A stretch of DNA of 64,000 nt from Halothiobacillus sp. (GTDB lineage Bacteria > Pseudomonadota > Gammaproteobacteria > Halothiobacillales > Halothiobacillaceae), in contig JAGUXT010000035.1 of assembly GCA_020061705.1 (NCBI GenBank), forward strand, positions 2,345-66,344. The letters run 5' to 3'. Shown piece by piece: positions 18,840-28,503 of the stretch. Numbering within the stretch: the stretch's first letter is position 1; the number at the start of each line of letters is the position of its first letter. Made by a program: the position numbers and the translations under genes. The notes below the pieces were generated by a model that saw nothing but the letters and a program-made list of their open reading frames with translations, did not search any database and was not told where the DNA came from.

Positions 18840-20927
18840 ATGAATATCAATCGACTGATTTTTATTGCACCCGCCACAATTATTGCGTTTATTGCCATCG
18901 GAGCAGCAATGATGTCGTGTGGAGGAGGAGGCTCATCCGATACTGCTCCATTACCTGGCACGCCAATTCCGACACCCGAAACACCCACACCACCTCCGAT
19001 CATTTCCTCTGCTCTCATTGGACTTGCTATTGACCGAAGCACGTTTCCCAACCCTCACGCCCACATCCCTGCGCAGTGCTATATCGAAACCAGTCATGGC
19101 GCACAAAATGCCTGCATGTTTTGTCATACCGACGGCGTATCGAATCTGAAACTCGGCAACAACAACCCCATGGCGGGAGCCAACCCCAATGTGGGCAATC
19201 TTCAGGCCGAATATGCGTTTGGCGTGGTTAATTACCCCTATGTGGTCAATTCAAGCATCACCCCATGGATCAATACCCTGAAACCCGAAGAGCTGCGTAA
19301 AGCCGTGGATGCCCAGGGCTACAAGCCTGAAGATTGGGATATGCAGGCCTATATTCGCCAGGACAACTGGAAAGCGGCCTTTGAGCAACGCCCTGGCTCA
19401 GTCAAGGACTGGGATCCAAAAATCAATTCAGCCTTTCGTTTGTTTCCCGGCCTAGCGCCCGAGGATCTACCCGCGCAAGCTGATGGATTTGTGCGAAGCA
19501 GTTCTGAAGCGCGCGGATTCTTCAACGATGGCCAGGGCCAGGGCGATGGCAAGAGCTGGAATACCGGCTGGCGCGCCGTCAACTTCATGCCCTACGGAAT
19601 TTTCACCCCCATGGCGGGCAGTGTTTCCGGCATTTATATCCGCCTGCCCTCCGTGTTAATGCAGCGCGAGGATGGAAACTTCGATCTCGCCACCTATAAA
19701 ACCAACCTTGACCTTGTCGAGCGCAATATCCAGGATCGACTCAGCGGTGAAACAAACTATGTTGGTGCAGCTAAAGCGATAAGTATCGTTCGTGGTCAAT
19801 ATCCCCTGGGCACGGAGTTTGCCCACCCGCTGCACTATGTTGATGTTGAAGCCGATGGCAGCATTCCAGGCGTGAGCGCATTCCCCGGCACACGCGCCCA
19901 GCGGGTTAAAGAAATTCGTTACATGTACAAAGCCCAGCCGTGGTACCCGGAAGAATTTGGTATGGCGCTCAAGGATGAGGGCGCTCCGGTGTATGCCAAT
20001 CGTGAACAGGGCTGGATTGAAAACGGCGTCGGCTGGATTCTTGCTGGCTGGATTGAAGATGCCAAGGGTGCCCTGCGCCCGCAAACGCCCTCTGAACTCA
20101 CTCAATGCGTAGGCTGCCACTCCGGCAATGTGCGCCAGGCGGAAATTGGGCAAAATGCCACCTACACCTCTGGCGTCGGCAACACCATTGATTCCACTTG
20201 GGCATTACCGCGCAAATTCTCCGGCGACGCTGGCTGGAAAGAAATGAATTACCTCGGCTACACCGCCAAGGCACAAGCCCTGATGGATGAAACCCCAGGG
20301 TTCATGACCGAAAAAGAGCCGCAAAATCGCTTCCTGAATAAAGGTGAGTTCCGCGTATTCCTGGATTATGTCGTCGGTGCCTCCCTGTACGGCGACATGC
20401 CGAAAACCGTTGAAACCTATCTTGCTGCGCAAATCAGCAAAAAGAATGGCTACCCGGCCGACTGGCCTGGTCTGGAACCCCTCATCGCCAACAAGGACGC
20501 AGACGGTATCAAGCAAGCCCAAGCCTTGCGTTTGCAACTCATGCGCGACTTCACCGCGCGCAATGAACATCTGGATAGCGCTGGCCGCATTCGTCCCGAG
20601 CTTTTCCTGCCCACCCGCCAGAACGCCCTGGCAGGTGCAGGACGATATCGCCAGGTTGTAGTGACCCAGCGTTATGATTTTGGCAAGGACGTGTTCCCCG
20701 AAACTCCATTCACCCTGCGCTATCTGCGCACGGCCGATGTTGGCTTTGCCCATCAGGACGGCAAGCCCTACCAGCTCGGTGATGTCATTACCGACCGCCC
20801 CATCAATACCACTGTGGGTGAGTTCACCTATGGCATGGGCATTACACCGACCCTGATTGATGAAGAACTGCCCTATGCGCAGGGTGGCACCTTCCTTTCG
20901 GACTACGTGCCCTTGCTCAAACCCTGA
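18840..20927 (+). CDS. Uncharacterised lipoprotein with two c-type heme motifs
   Basis: Lipobox MMSC, Pro/Thr linker, CMFCH (19113-19127) and CVGCH (20106-20120). Confidence 0.8.
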   Translation: MNINRLIFIAPATIIAFIAIGAAMMSCGGGGSSDTAPLPGTPIPTPETPTPPPIISSALIGLAIDRSTFPNPHAHIPAQCYIETSHGAQNACMFCHTDGVSNLKLGNNNPMAGANPNVGNLQAEYAFGVVNYPYVVNSSITPWINTLKPEELRKAVDAQGYKPEDWDMQAYIRQDNWKAAFEQRPGSVKDWDPKINSAFRLFPGLAPEDLPAQADGFVRSSSEARGFFNDGQGQGDGKSWNTGWRAVNFMPYGIFTPMAGSVSGIYIRLPSVLMQREDGNFDLATYKTNLDLVERNIQDRLSGETNYVGAAKAISIVRGQYPLGTEFAHPLHYVDVEADGSIPGVSAFPGTRAQRVKEIRYMYKAQPWYPEEFGMALKDEGAPVYANREQGWIENGVGWILAGWIEDAKGALRPQTPSELTQCVGCHSGNVRQAEIGQNATYTSGVGNTIDSTWALPRKFSGDAGWKEMNYLGYTAKAQALMDETPGFMTEKEPQNRFLNKGEFRVFLDYVVGASLYGDMPKTVETYLAAQISKKNGYPADWPGLEPLIANKDADGIKQAQALRLQLMRDFTARNEHLDSAGRIRPELFLPTRQNALAGAGRYRQVVVTQRYDFGKDVFPETPFTLRYLRTADVGFAHQDGKPYQLGDVITDRPINTTVGEFTYGMGITPTLIDEELPYAQGGTFLSDYVPLLKP

Positions 20928-22973
20928 TCAAACCTTTGCAAGCTCGATTCCAGCACCAATCCAGCGCTGAATAAGCGGTTCGACCACTTGCGGGTAGTCG
21001 CGCAGCACCCGATCGGCCGCCTCACGCACTTGGGGAATCAGCGCACCATCACGCGCCAGATCGGCAAAGCGCATCCGCGCCAGCCCGGTCTGCTGCGTAC
21101 CCAGAAACTCGCCCGGCCCACGCAGCTCCAGATCCCTTTCCGCGATCAGAAAGCCGTCATTACTCTCGCGCATCACCGCCAACCTCTCCTTGGCAGTCGC
21201 TGACAACGGCGGGCTGAACAGCAGTACGCAACTTGATTCAACTGCGCCGCGCCCCACCCGACCGCGCAACTGGTGCAACTGCGCCAAGCCCAGCCGCTCG
21301 GCGTTTTCAATCACCATCAGCGACGCATTCGGCACATCCACGCCGACCTCAATCACCGTGGTGGCCACCAGAATATCCAGCTCGCCCTGTTTGAAGGCAC
21401 GCATCACCGCCTCTTTGTCACGTGGTTTCATGCGCCCATGCACCAGCCCCACGCGCAGATCAGGCAGCGCCGCGCACAAGGTTGTATGCGCTTCCTCGGC
21501 GGCCTTGGCCTCCAATTTTTCACTTTCCTCCACCAGCGTACACACCCAATACGCCTGCCGCCCGGCACGGCAGGCTGCACCCAGACGCGCCATCACCTCA
21601 TCGCGTCGGCCATCCGGCACGGCGGCAGTCTGCACCGGCGTGCGCCCCGGCGGCAGCTCGTCCAGCACCGACACATCCAGATCGGCATACGCGGTCATCG
21701 CCAGCGTGCGCGGAATCGGTGTGGCAGTCATCACCAGTTGATGCGGGTGACGCTCGCCCTGACAACCTTTTTCACTCAACGCCAGCCGTTGCTGCACGCC
21801 GAATCGGTGCTGCTCGTCGATCACGATCAACCCAAGCTTGTGAAAAACCACGCCTTCCTGAAACAGGGCATGCGTTCCAGTGACCACCCTGGCATAACCT
21901 TGCGCCACCGCCTCCATCGCCTTGCGCCGCGCCACACCCTTCAGGCTGCCGGTCAAGGCCACCACCGCCACACCCAAAGGCTCGAACCATGCCGCAAGAT
22001 TGCGCTGATGCTGTTCGGCCAACAGCTCGGTCGGGGCCATCAAGGCCACCTGCTGCCCGGCTTCCAATGCGGCACAGGCCGCCAAAGCCGCCACCACCGT
22101 CTTGCCCGCGCCCACATCGCCCTGCACCAATCGGCGCATCGGGCGCGGCCTCGCCATGTCTTCGGCAATCTCATGCAACACCCGCGCCTGCGCCCCGGTC
22201 AGCGCATAGGGCAAGCTCGCGCACAAACGCTGCGCCAGCGCCGCCTGCTGCGGCAAGGGGCTGGCTTGATGGTTTTCGGCACCACTTTTCCAGCGCCGCA
22301 TCGCCAATTGCTGCGCCAACAATTCCTCGAACACCAGACGCTGCCGCGCCGCCTCCGCGCCAGTCTCATGCGGCGACGGCTGATGCAAGCGCAACACCGC
22401 CTCGCGCAAGCTGCCCATGCCGTGCGCCGCCCGCAGCTCGTCGGGCAGGTGCTCCGCCAATAATTGCGCATCACGCGCCCACAGGCTCAAGGCCTCGCTC
22501 ACCACACGGCGCAACAGCGTTTGCGACAACCCCGCCACCGACGGATACACCGGCGTCAACGCCGTGGCCAACGGCGCGGGCAGGCGAATCAGCTCCGGGT
22601 GCGCCATATCAAAACCCACCAAGCCACCCTTCACCGAACCAAACACGCGCACCGCCTGCCCCGGCTGTAGCGCCGCCAACACACCCGGCGGCGGATTGAA
22701 GAACCACAGATTCAACACGCCGCTGTCATCCGCCAGACTCGCACGCCAAGTGGTCTGTCCAGCCCGATTCTTCTGGCCTTTGTCCACGCTTTGGACCACC
22801 CCTTCCACCAGCGCATCTTCACCATGCTGCAAACGATCGATCATGCTCAGGCGGGTGCGGTTTTCATAGCGCAGGGGTGCATGGAGCAGCACATCACTCA
22901 CACTGCGCAACCCCAAACTGTGCAGACGCGCCAGGGTCGCCTCGCCCACACCGCGCAAGGCCGTCAATTGCAT
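20928..22973 (-). CDS. recG: ATP-dependent DNA helicase RecG
   Basis: QGDVGAGKT, MAPTELLAEQH, DEQHRFGV, MTATPIPRTL, GLAQLHQLRGRVGRG. Confidence 0.98.
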   Translation of the reverse strand: MQLTALRGVGEATLARLHSLGLRSVSDVLLHAPLRYENRTRLSMIDRLQHGEDALVEGVVQSVDKGQKNRAGQTTWRASLADDSGVLNLWFFNPPPGVLAALQPGQAVRVFGSVKGGLVGFDMAHPELIRLPAPLATALTPVYPSVAGLSQTLLRRVVSEALSLWARDAQLLAEHLPDELRAAHGMGSLREAVLRLHQPSPHETGAEAARQRLVFEELLAQQLAMRRWKSGAENHQASPLPQQAALAQRLCASLPYALTGAQARVLHEIAEDMARPRPMRRLVQGDVGAGKTVVAALAACAALEAGQQVALMAPTELLAEQHQRNLAAWFEPLGVAVVALTGSLKGVARRKAMEAVAQGYARVVTGTHALFQEGVVFHKLGLIVIDEQHRFGVQQRLALSEKGCQGERHPHQLVMTATPIPRTLAMTAYADLDVSVLDELPPGRTPVQTAAVPDGRRDEVMARLGAACRAGRQAYWVCTLVEESEKLEAKAAEEAHTTLCAALPDLRVGLVHGRMKPRDKEAVMRAFKQGELDILVATTVIEVGVDVPNASLMVIENAERLGLAQLHQLRGRVGRGAVESSCVLLFSPPLSATAKERLAVMRESNDGFLIAERDLELRGPGEFLGTQQTGLARMRFADLARDGALIPQVREAADRVLRDYPQVVEPLIQRWIGAGIELAKV

Positions 22974-23035
22974 GTTGTCCCTCCGCCGCTTTGCATTGCC
23001 TGAACATGGCCAGTATCCATTAAACGACAGGCAAT

Positions 23036-23063
23036 AAAAAACCCGGGGTGGGCACCCCGGGTT
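23036..23063 (-). terminator. Terminator of the 5'-nucleotidase gene
   Basis: AAAAAACCCGGGGTG-g-GCACCCCGGGTT; T-run on the minus strand. Confidence 0.7.
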
Positions 23064-23088
23064 ATCTCTTGAGTAGAACGGTTACGGA

Positions 23089-24942
23089 TTACTGTTGCAG
23101 CAAGCCGTTCTTGTCATAGATCGCCTGGGTCGAGTATTCACTGACCGGCAGGCGGCTCAGGGTCTTGACCTTCTTGGTGTAGTCCACGAAAGACTGCGCA
23201 TAATCAAGGTAGGTGTCCAGGAAGCGACCGCTGTCGGCAACTTTCTTGAAGGTGGCATAACCATCGCTGCCCTGAGCAAGGAAGTTGTTGGTCACGACCT
23301 TGTAGCTGGTGCTCATGTTCAAGGCACTCCAGGCGCTGTCCTTCTTACCCTTGTATTCCAGGTTGCTGAAACGTGAACCGGCGGGCTTGGACAGATCCAC
23401 CGTCCAGCGCAGGCCGGCGGCATACGGATAGGCACCGGTCGAACCGCCAGTCTTGACGGCGTATTCAACCGCTTCTTCCAGCACCGCCTTGATTTCCGTA
23501 CCGGTCATGTCCAGCTCGGTCAAGGTGTTGGCGAAGGGCAACAGGGTATAGGCCGTGCCGATGGTGATGTCGCCCGCCGGAACGTCAATGCGCACGCCAC
23601 CCGCGTTCTGGATGGCAATCTGCGAGGTGATGCTCATGTCGCGGAAGGCATAGGCCACCAGGTTGGAAATGTCGCCGCCATGCGCATTGGTAGCTTCCTT
23701 ACAACCAGGCGTTTTGGAATAACCCATACCCGGAATACGCTCAAGGCAGAGCAACTCGGTCGCTGTTCCGATCACTTCCTTCTTCAGTACGTCTACCTTA
23801 TCTGAATAGACTTTTAGAACAGCCTCGGCATTGGCATTCGGCTTGAGCGACCAGAGCTGTGCATCCTTCGCGATAATGCCCTTGACCTCATCCAGCTCGG
23901 CACCACTCAAGGTGTAGTCCTTGCCGTCGGCACCCTTGCGCTTGAAGGTCTCACCCAGCAGCAAGTGTTCCTTGCCCGAGCAGCTGTCCACGCTTTGCTT
24001 GGCATTGAAGTTGACGGTCAGCTCGCCCATGGCCTTGGCATATTCCCAAGCCTGCACGATACAGACATTGTCGCCGTCCTTGTTCTTGGCCATGGTTGCA
24101 TAGCTGCCAGAGGACGAGGTGATACCGTAAGCAGAAAAATCACCCAGCAAGGTGTGCGAATCGCCGCCGACGATGACGTCCACATCGGTCAGCTTGGCGG
24201 CAATGCTCTTATCCATGCTGTAACCGATGTGGCTGAGCAGCACGATGCGCTGCACGCCCTGTGCCTTGAGCGCGTCGATGGCCTTTTGCGCGGCGGTTGC
24301 TTCGTCTTCAAACGCGGTAGTCGGCAGCGGGCTGGAGGAGCCCTGGGTCTTGCCCTTGATGGTCAGGCCAACGATACCGACCTTTTGGCCGCCGAAGTCC
24401 TTGATGGTATAGGGCTTGATGAAATCGTCGCTCTTGGTCGGTGCCAGTGGAGTGCCCACTTTCGGGGTCACGTTGGCAGAGAGCACCGGTGTCTTGCATG
24501 AACCGGCCTGCAGCATGGTGATGAAGCTTTTAAGGCGCTCGTCGCCCTCGTCAAATTCATGATTGCCAACCGCCATGGCATCGAAGCATACGGTGTTCAT
24601 CATGGCCGCATCGGCTTCGCCCTTGAACAGGGTGTAGTAAAGTGTTCCTGAAAGCGCATCGCCCGCGTGCAGCTTGAGAAGGTTGGGTTTGCCAGCCATC
24701 TGATCGTAGGCTGTTTTAACGCGCGCGAAACCCCCGATCTCGGCGGTGGTGTCCTTGCCGTTGAACTTGAGGCTTTGCGACAGCGCGGCGAGGTTGGAGT
24801 GGTGGTCATTGATGTGGGCAATAGTCACAGTCAATGGCGGGACAACCGGCGCAGGCAAGATGGTTGCATCATCGCCACCACACCCAACCAACACAGCCAA
24901 CGGCAGCGCCGCCAAAGCAAAGACAGGCTTGAACTTCATCAC
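23089..24942 (-). CDS. Lipoprotein 5'-nucleotidase / NAD nucleotidase (UshA/NadN family)
   Basis: Lipobox LVGC; HINDHHS, LHAGDA, GNHEFD, VGGDSH metallophosphoesterase motifs; C-terminal NAGGVR, LPFANTL. Confidence 0.93.
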   Translation of the reverse strand: MMKFKPVFALAALPLAVLVGCGGDDATILPAPVVPPLTVTIAHINDHHSNLAALSQSLKFNGKDTTAEIGGFARVKTAYDQMAGKPNLLKLHAGDALSGTLYYTLFKGEADAAMMNTVCFDAMAVGNHEFDEGDERLKSFITMLQAGSCKTPVLSANVTPKVGTPLAPTKSDDFIKPYTIKDFGGQKVGIVGLTIKGKTQGSSSPLPTTAFEDEATAAQKAIDALKAQGVQRIVLLSHIGYSMDKSIAAKLTDVDVIVGGDSHTLLGDFSAYGITSSSGSYATMAKNKDGDNVCIVQAWEYAKAMGELTVNFNAKQSVDSCSGKEHLLLGETFKRKGADGKDYTLSGAELDEVKGIIAKDAQLWSLKPNANAEAVLKVYSDKVDVLKKEVIGTATELLCLERIPGMGYSKTPGCKEATNAHGGDISNLVAYAFRDMSITSQIAIQNAGGVRIDVPAGDITIGTAYTLLPFANTLTELDMTGTEIKAVLEEAVEYAVKTGGSTGAYPYAAGLRWTVDLSKPAGSRFSNLEYKGKKDSAWSALNMSTSYKVVTNNFLAQGSDGYATFKKVADSGRFLDTYLDYAQSFVDYTKKVKTLSRLPVSEYSTQAIYDKNGLLQQ

Positions 24943-24989
24943 AAAAGCACTCCAAATAGTTTTAAGTCAACGGAGGCTAGTGGACTTGA

Positions 24990-25007
24990 GTTACAACTCC
25001 ATGACGC
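24990..25007 (-). promoter_or_regulatory. Candidate Pho box upstream of the 5'-nucleotidase gene
   Basis: Minus strand GCGTCAT-ggag-TTGTAAC (7-4-7 direct repeat), then 10 nt, then TAGCCT (-10-like). Confidence 0.5.
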
Positions 25008-25029
25008 AAGGGCAGCTTCTAAAGACGCT

Positions 25030-27009
25030 TCATCGCCACTCCACCCGATTGCGTCCATTTAACTTGGCTTGATAAAGGGCTTGGTCGGCACGTAACAGGA
25101 CACTGTTTTCACTATCGTCCGCATTTAGCGCGGCACATCCGAGGCTAATTGTTACAAAAAAACCCTCACCCCCGACGTTGTAAACATGCCCTGCAACCAT
25201 ATGCCTCACCCGCTCCGCCCAATCAAGCGCGAATTCAAAGGTGGTGTCATTCAGAAGAACCGCAAATTCCTCCCCACCCACGCGTCCAACCACATCCGTC
25301 TGACGCGCGTTTTGCCGCAAGATTTCCGCTAATCCTCGCAAAACCTCATCACCCACGGCATGACCGTATGTATCGTTGACAATTTTGAAATGATCGCAAT
25401 CCAGCATGATCACACAGGCATTTTCACCAAAACGCTTGACGCGCGCTATGCCCTCAACCAAACGACTCAGGAAATAGCGTCGATTATGCAGCCCTGTTAA
25501 CGCATCCGTGGTCGCCAACTCTACCAGTTGCGCCTCCATGCGCTTGCGCTCGCTGATATCGGTAAAAATCACCACTGCACCATCCATCACTTGGTTGTTG
25601 ATCATCGGTGTCACCAAAACTTCTGCCGGAAAGCCTTCACCATTTTCACGCCAAAACCACTCTTCACTTTTGCGCACCTGTCCATCCTGCAGGGTTTTCC
25701 ATGTTGGGCAATCCTCATGGGAGTAAATTCGACCATCAACATAATGATGATGAAACAGCGCATGTGGCGAGTGCCCCAACACCGCTTGCTCGGAGGTATG
25801 CAAGAGTCTTAACGCACTGGGATTGATAAAGCGGCATCGCCCCTTGGTATCCACGTGATACACACCCTGCCCCAGGGACGTGAGAATGAGCTGACTGAAT
25901 TGCCGCGCCTGGTGTTCACGCCGCCATACCACAAACACACTTAAACTCAAGAAAATAATCACAACGACCGAAAGCAAACCTGCAAGCAATAGCTCCTTCC
26001 AGCGCAACAGCACATCCCATACTGTGAATTCCGGCGCATGATCATAAGGTGGCAAACGCAAGCCACGTGCCAGTTCCTCAACACGGGTATAATCTCTGGG
26101 CACTGAATAACCATAAACTCCAGCCTTAATGGCCGTTGGATCATTCGCCTCCAGCGCAAACAAAGCCGCCGCCACATGCCCGACATGACGTTCGTTCACG
26201 TGCGACAAGGCAAACAACGGCCAGCCCGGATAGGTTGGCGTGGTATGTGTGTAAAGACAGCGCGGATGGGTTTTAGCAGCAATAACTTTTAACGCACCCA
26301 TCGGAATGCGCCCAGCAGCTTCCATATTTTCCAGGGTTCCTGCGCGCACGAACCCAACATCCGCAACATATTCCAGCACCGCCTGTACCACCGCCTCATG
26401 CGTTTTCAACTCGCGGATAGCGCGCACATCCTGCGGAAGATGAATCCCGGCTTTTAACAGCTCATATTGCTGGGTACGAAAAGCACCAAAATTATCCATC
26501 CCCGGTGCAGCGACGATGCGCCCACTCACGTCAGCCAGCTTTTGGATGTCATGGCGGTTGGCGCGGGTAAAAATTACACCGGCAATACATGGCGCGGGAC
26601 GGCCTTGATGACTTTCGATCAAAGAAGCCATCACTCCCGCCACCTTGTCGCTTTGACGCAGGCTCAAAAACTGAGTCGGATTGGTGGTCACAAAATCCAG
26701 CGTACCCGCCTCCATGCGCGCCTTGATAGCTTCTTGCGACAGCACCTCAAGCTGGATGCACTCGTGGGTCAGACGTTGATTCAGATATTCCACAATCGGG
26801 GTGTACTGCCTCCGGGTCACTTCATCCCCGAGGTAATTAAAAACCCCCAAAACCAGGTTTTGTTTCGCCGATTGGGTCGAGCTTTGCGCCTGAACATCCT
26901 GAGTTTCAGCCTGCGCAAACACTCCCCTTGCCACCGACGCAAGACACAGAGCGCTAATCAGCACAATCACCCACTTCAGACGACTGAAATAACTCAAGTC
27001 AACCTCCAT
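25030..27009 (-). CDS. Diguanylate cyclase with periplasmic PhnD-like binding domain and PAS
   Basis: N-terminal signal/TM, PBP-like domain (GVIFTR..DI..LADV.G...AA, DVGFVRAGTLE), TM, PAS, TDALTGLHNRR, RQTD I-site, GGEEF. Confidence 0.9.
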   Translation of the reverse strand: MEVDLSYFSRLKWVIVLISALCLASVARGVFAQAETQDVQAQSSTQSAKQNLVLGVFNYLGDEVTRRQYTPIVEYLNQRLTHECIQLEVLSQEAIKARMEAGTLDFVTTNPTQFLSLRQSDKVAGVMASLIESHQGRPAPCIAGVIFTRANRHDIQKLADVSGRIVAAPGMDNFGAFRTQQYELLKAGIHLPQDVRAIRELKTHEAVVQAVLEYVADVGFVRAGTLENMEAAGRIPMGALKVIAAKTHPRCLYTHTTPTYPGWPLFALSHVNERHVGHVAAALFALEANDPTAIKAGVYGYSVPRDYTRVEELARGLRLPPYDHAPEFTVWDVLLRWKELLLAGLLSVVVIIFLSLSVFVVWRREHQARQFSQLILTSLGQGVYHVDTKGRCRFINPSALRLLHTSEQAVLGHSPHALFHHHYVDGRIYSHEDCPTWKTLQDGQVRKSEEWFWRENGEGFPAEVLVTPMINNQVMDGAVVIFTDISERKRMEAQLVELATTDALTGLHNRRYFLSRLVEGIARVKRFGENACVIMLDCDHFKIVNDTYGHAVGDEVLRGLAEILRQNARQTDVVGRVGGEEFAVLLNDTTFEFALDWAERVRHMVAGHVYNVGGEGFFVTISLGCAALNADDSENSVLLRADQALYQAKLNGRNRVEWR

Positions 27010-27273
27010 GAATATTCTTAATTTTCAATATGTTGAACAACTTCCCGTCCGAGAATAAATCAATTCTCCTAATGACTAGGTTGCGCCTTTTTTGCCCTAA
27101 GATAAACCCCCTCTATACCCTCCCCGGCATGGGCATTTGAAGACCGATTTAATTCTCGCAATGCACCGTTCAGCGCGATTGTAGGCAGTAAAACCACACC
27201 AGTATGGTCAAGATAATAAAACCAGCCTATCTTCTTGCATCGTTTTGCCTTAACTACGCATGTTGGAGATGGC

Positions 27274-28458
27274 ATGTTTTCATTTGACCGATATTTATCA
27301 CCCCTGGGCCTTGGCCTGCTTTGCGTAACGCTGTTGACTGCTTGTGGCAAGGACACGCCAGCGCCAGCCCAGCGCCCGTCGCCAGCGGTTGAGTTACTCA
27401 CCATCGTGCCGCAAACCCTGCCCGCCGACCTGCGCTTTGTTGCACAAACCGAAAGCTCGCAGCGCGTGGAAATCATGGCGCGGGTATCCGGCTTTCTGGA
27501 CAGCATCAACTACAAGGAAGGTGGAAAGGTGAAAGAAGGTGAGTTGATGTTCCAACTCGACCCCAAGCCTTTTCAGGCGCAACTCGAAGCCGCGCAGGGT
27601 CAACTCAGAATGCAGCAGGCACGCCTGCGCACCGCCGAAGCCACTTACAAACGCATCAAACCGCTCGCCAAGCTGAATGCCGTCTCGCAAAGCGACCTTG
27701 ATCGCGCCACCGGCGACCGCGATTCTGCCAGCGCAGCGGTCTATGCTGCCGAAGCCGATGTCAAGCAAGCCGAACTTGATCTGGGCTACACCCGCATTCA
27801 TGCGCCGTTAAGCGGTATTGCCAGCCAGTCCATGCAGCGTCAGGGCGCGTATATCAACGCCATGTCCACCGACTCCAAGCTCACCTATGTGGCCGCACTG
27901 GATCCGATCTGGGTCAATTTCAGCGTGTCGCAGAACATGGATACCCGCCTGAGCGAGCTGATTGAGCAAGGCATTATCACGCTGAACAATGGTAAAAAAC
28001 TCAGCGTGGAGTTACTGCTCTCCGACAACAAGGTATACGCACACGAAGGCGTGATCGACTTTTCCGATCCGTCCTACAGTCAAAGCACCGGAACCGCGCT
28101 GGTACGCGCCGTGATTCCCAACCCAGACCATACGCTGCGCCCTGGTATGTTCGTCACCGCCAAGGTCAAGGGCGCGCTGCGCCCGAACGCGATTGTGATT
28201 CCCCAGCTCGCGGTGATGCAGGGTGAAAAAGGCCACTTCGTGTATGTCATCAAAAGCGACAACACCGCCGAAGTGCGCCCGGTCTTAGTCGGTGATTATT
28301 ACGGTGAAGCTGGCATTCTGATTCTGAACGGCCTGCTCGCAGGTGATCGCGTGGTAGTGAATGGCATGTTGAAAGTCCAGCCCGGCAAACCTGTCAGCGT
28401 AAGCGAACCACAGGCCGCCACGGCCAAGGCCTCGCCCACACAACCATCGGCCCAATAA
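27274..28458 (+). CDS. RND efflux periplasmic adaptor (MFP), lipoprotein
   Basis: Lipobox LTAC, VEIMARVSG, LDLGYTRIHAPLSG, LRPGMFV. Confidence 0.93.
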   Translation: MFSFDRYLSPLGLGLLCVTLLTACGKDTPAPAQRPSPAVELLTIVPQTLPADLRFVAQTESSQRVEIMARVSGFLDSINYKEGGKVKEGELMFQLDPKPFQAQLEAAQGQLRMQQARLRTAEATYKRIKPLAKLNAVSQSDLDRATGDRDSASAAVYAAEADVKQAELDLGYTRIHAPLSGIASQSMQRQGAYINAMSTDSKLTYVAALDPIWVNFSVSQNMDTRLSELIEQGIITLNNGKKLSVELLLSDNKVYAHEGVIDFSDPSYSQSTGTALVRAVIPNPDHTLRPGMFVTAKVKGALRPNAIVIPQLAVMQGEKGHFVYVIKSDNTAEVRPVLVGDYYGEAGILILNGLLAGDRVVVNGMLKVQPGKPVSVSEPQAATAKASPTQPSAQ

Positions 28459-28503
28459 TCAGCCATTCAATCGGCAATCCGAGCACATATTTTAGGCATA
28501 GGC

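Noticed and set aside
21273-22463. 396-aa plus-strand ORF
   Set aside because: Antisense shadow of recG
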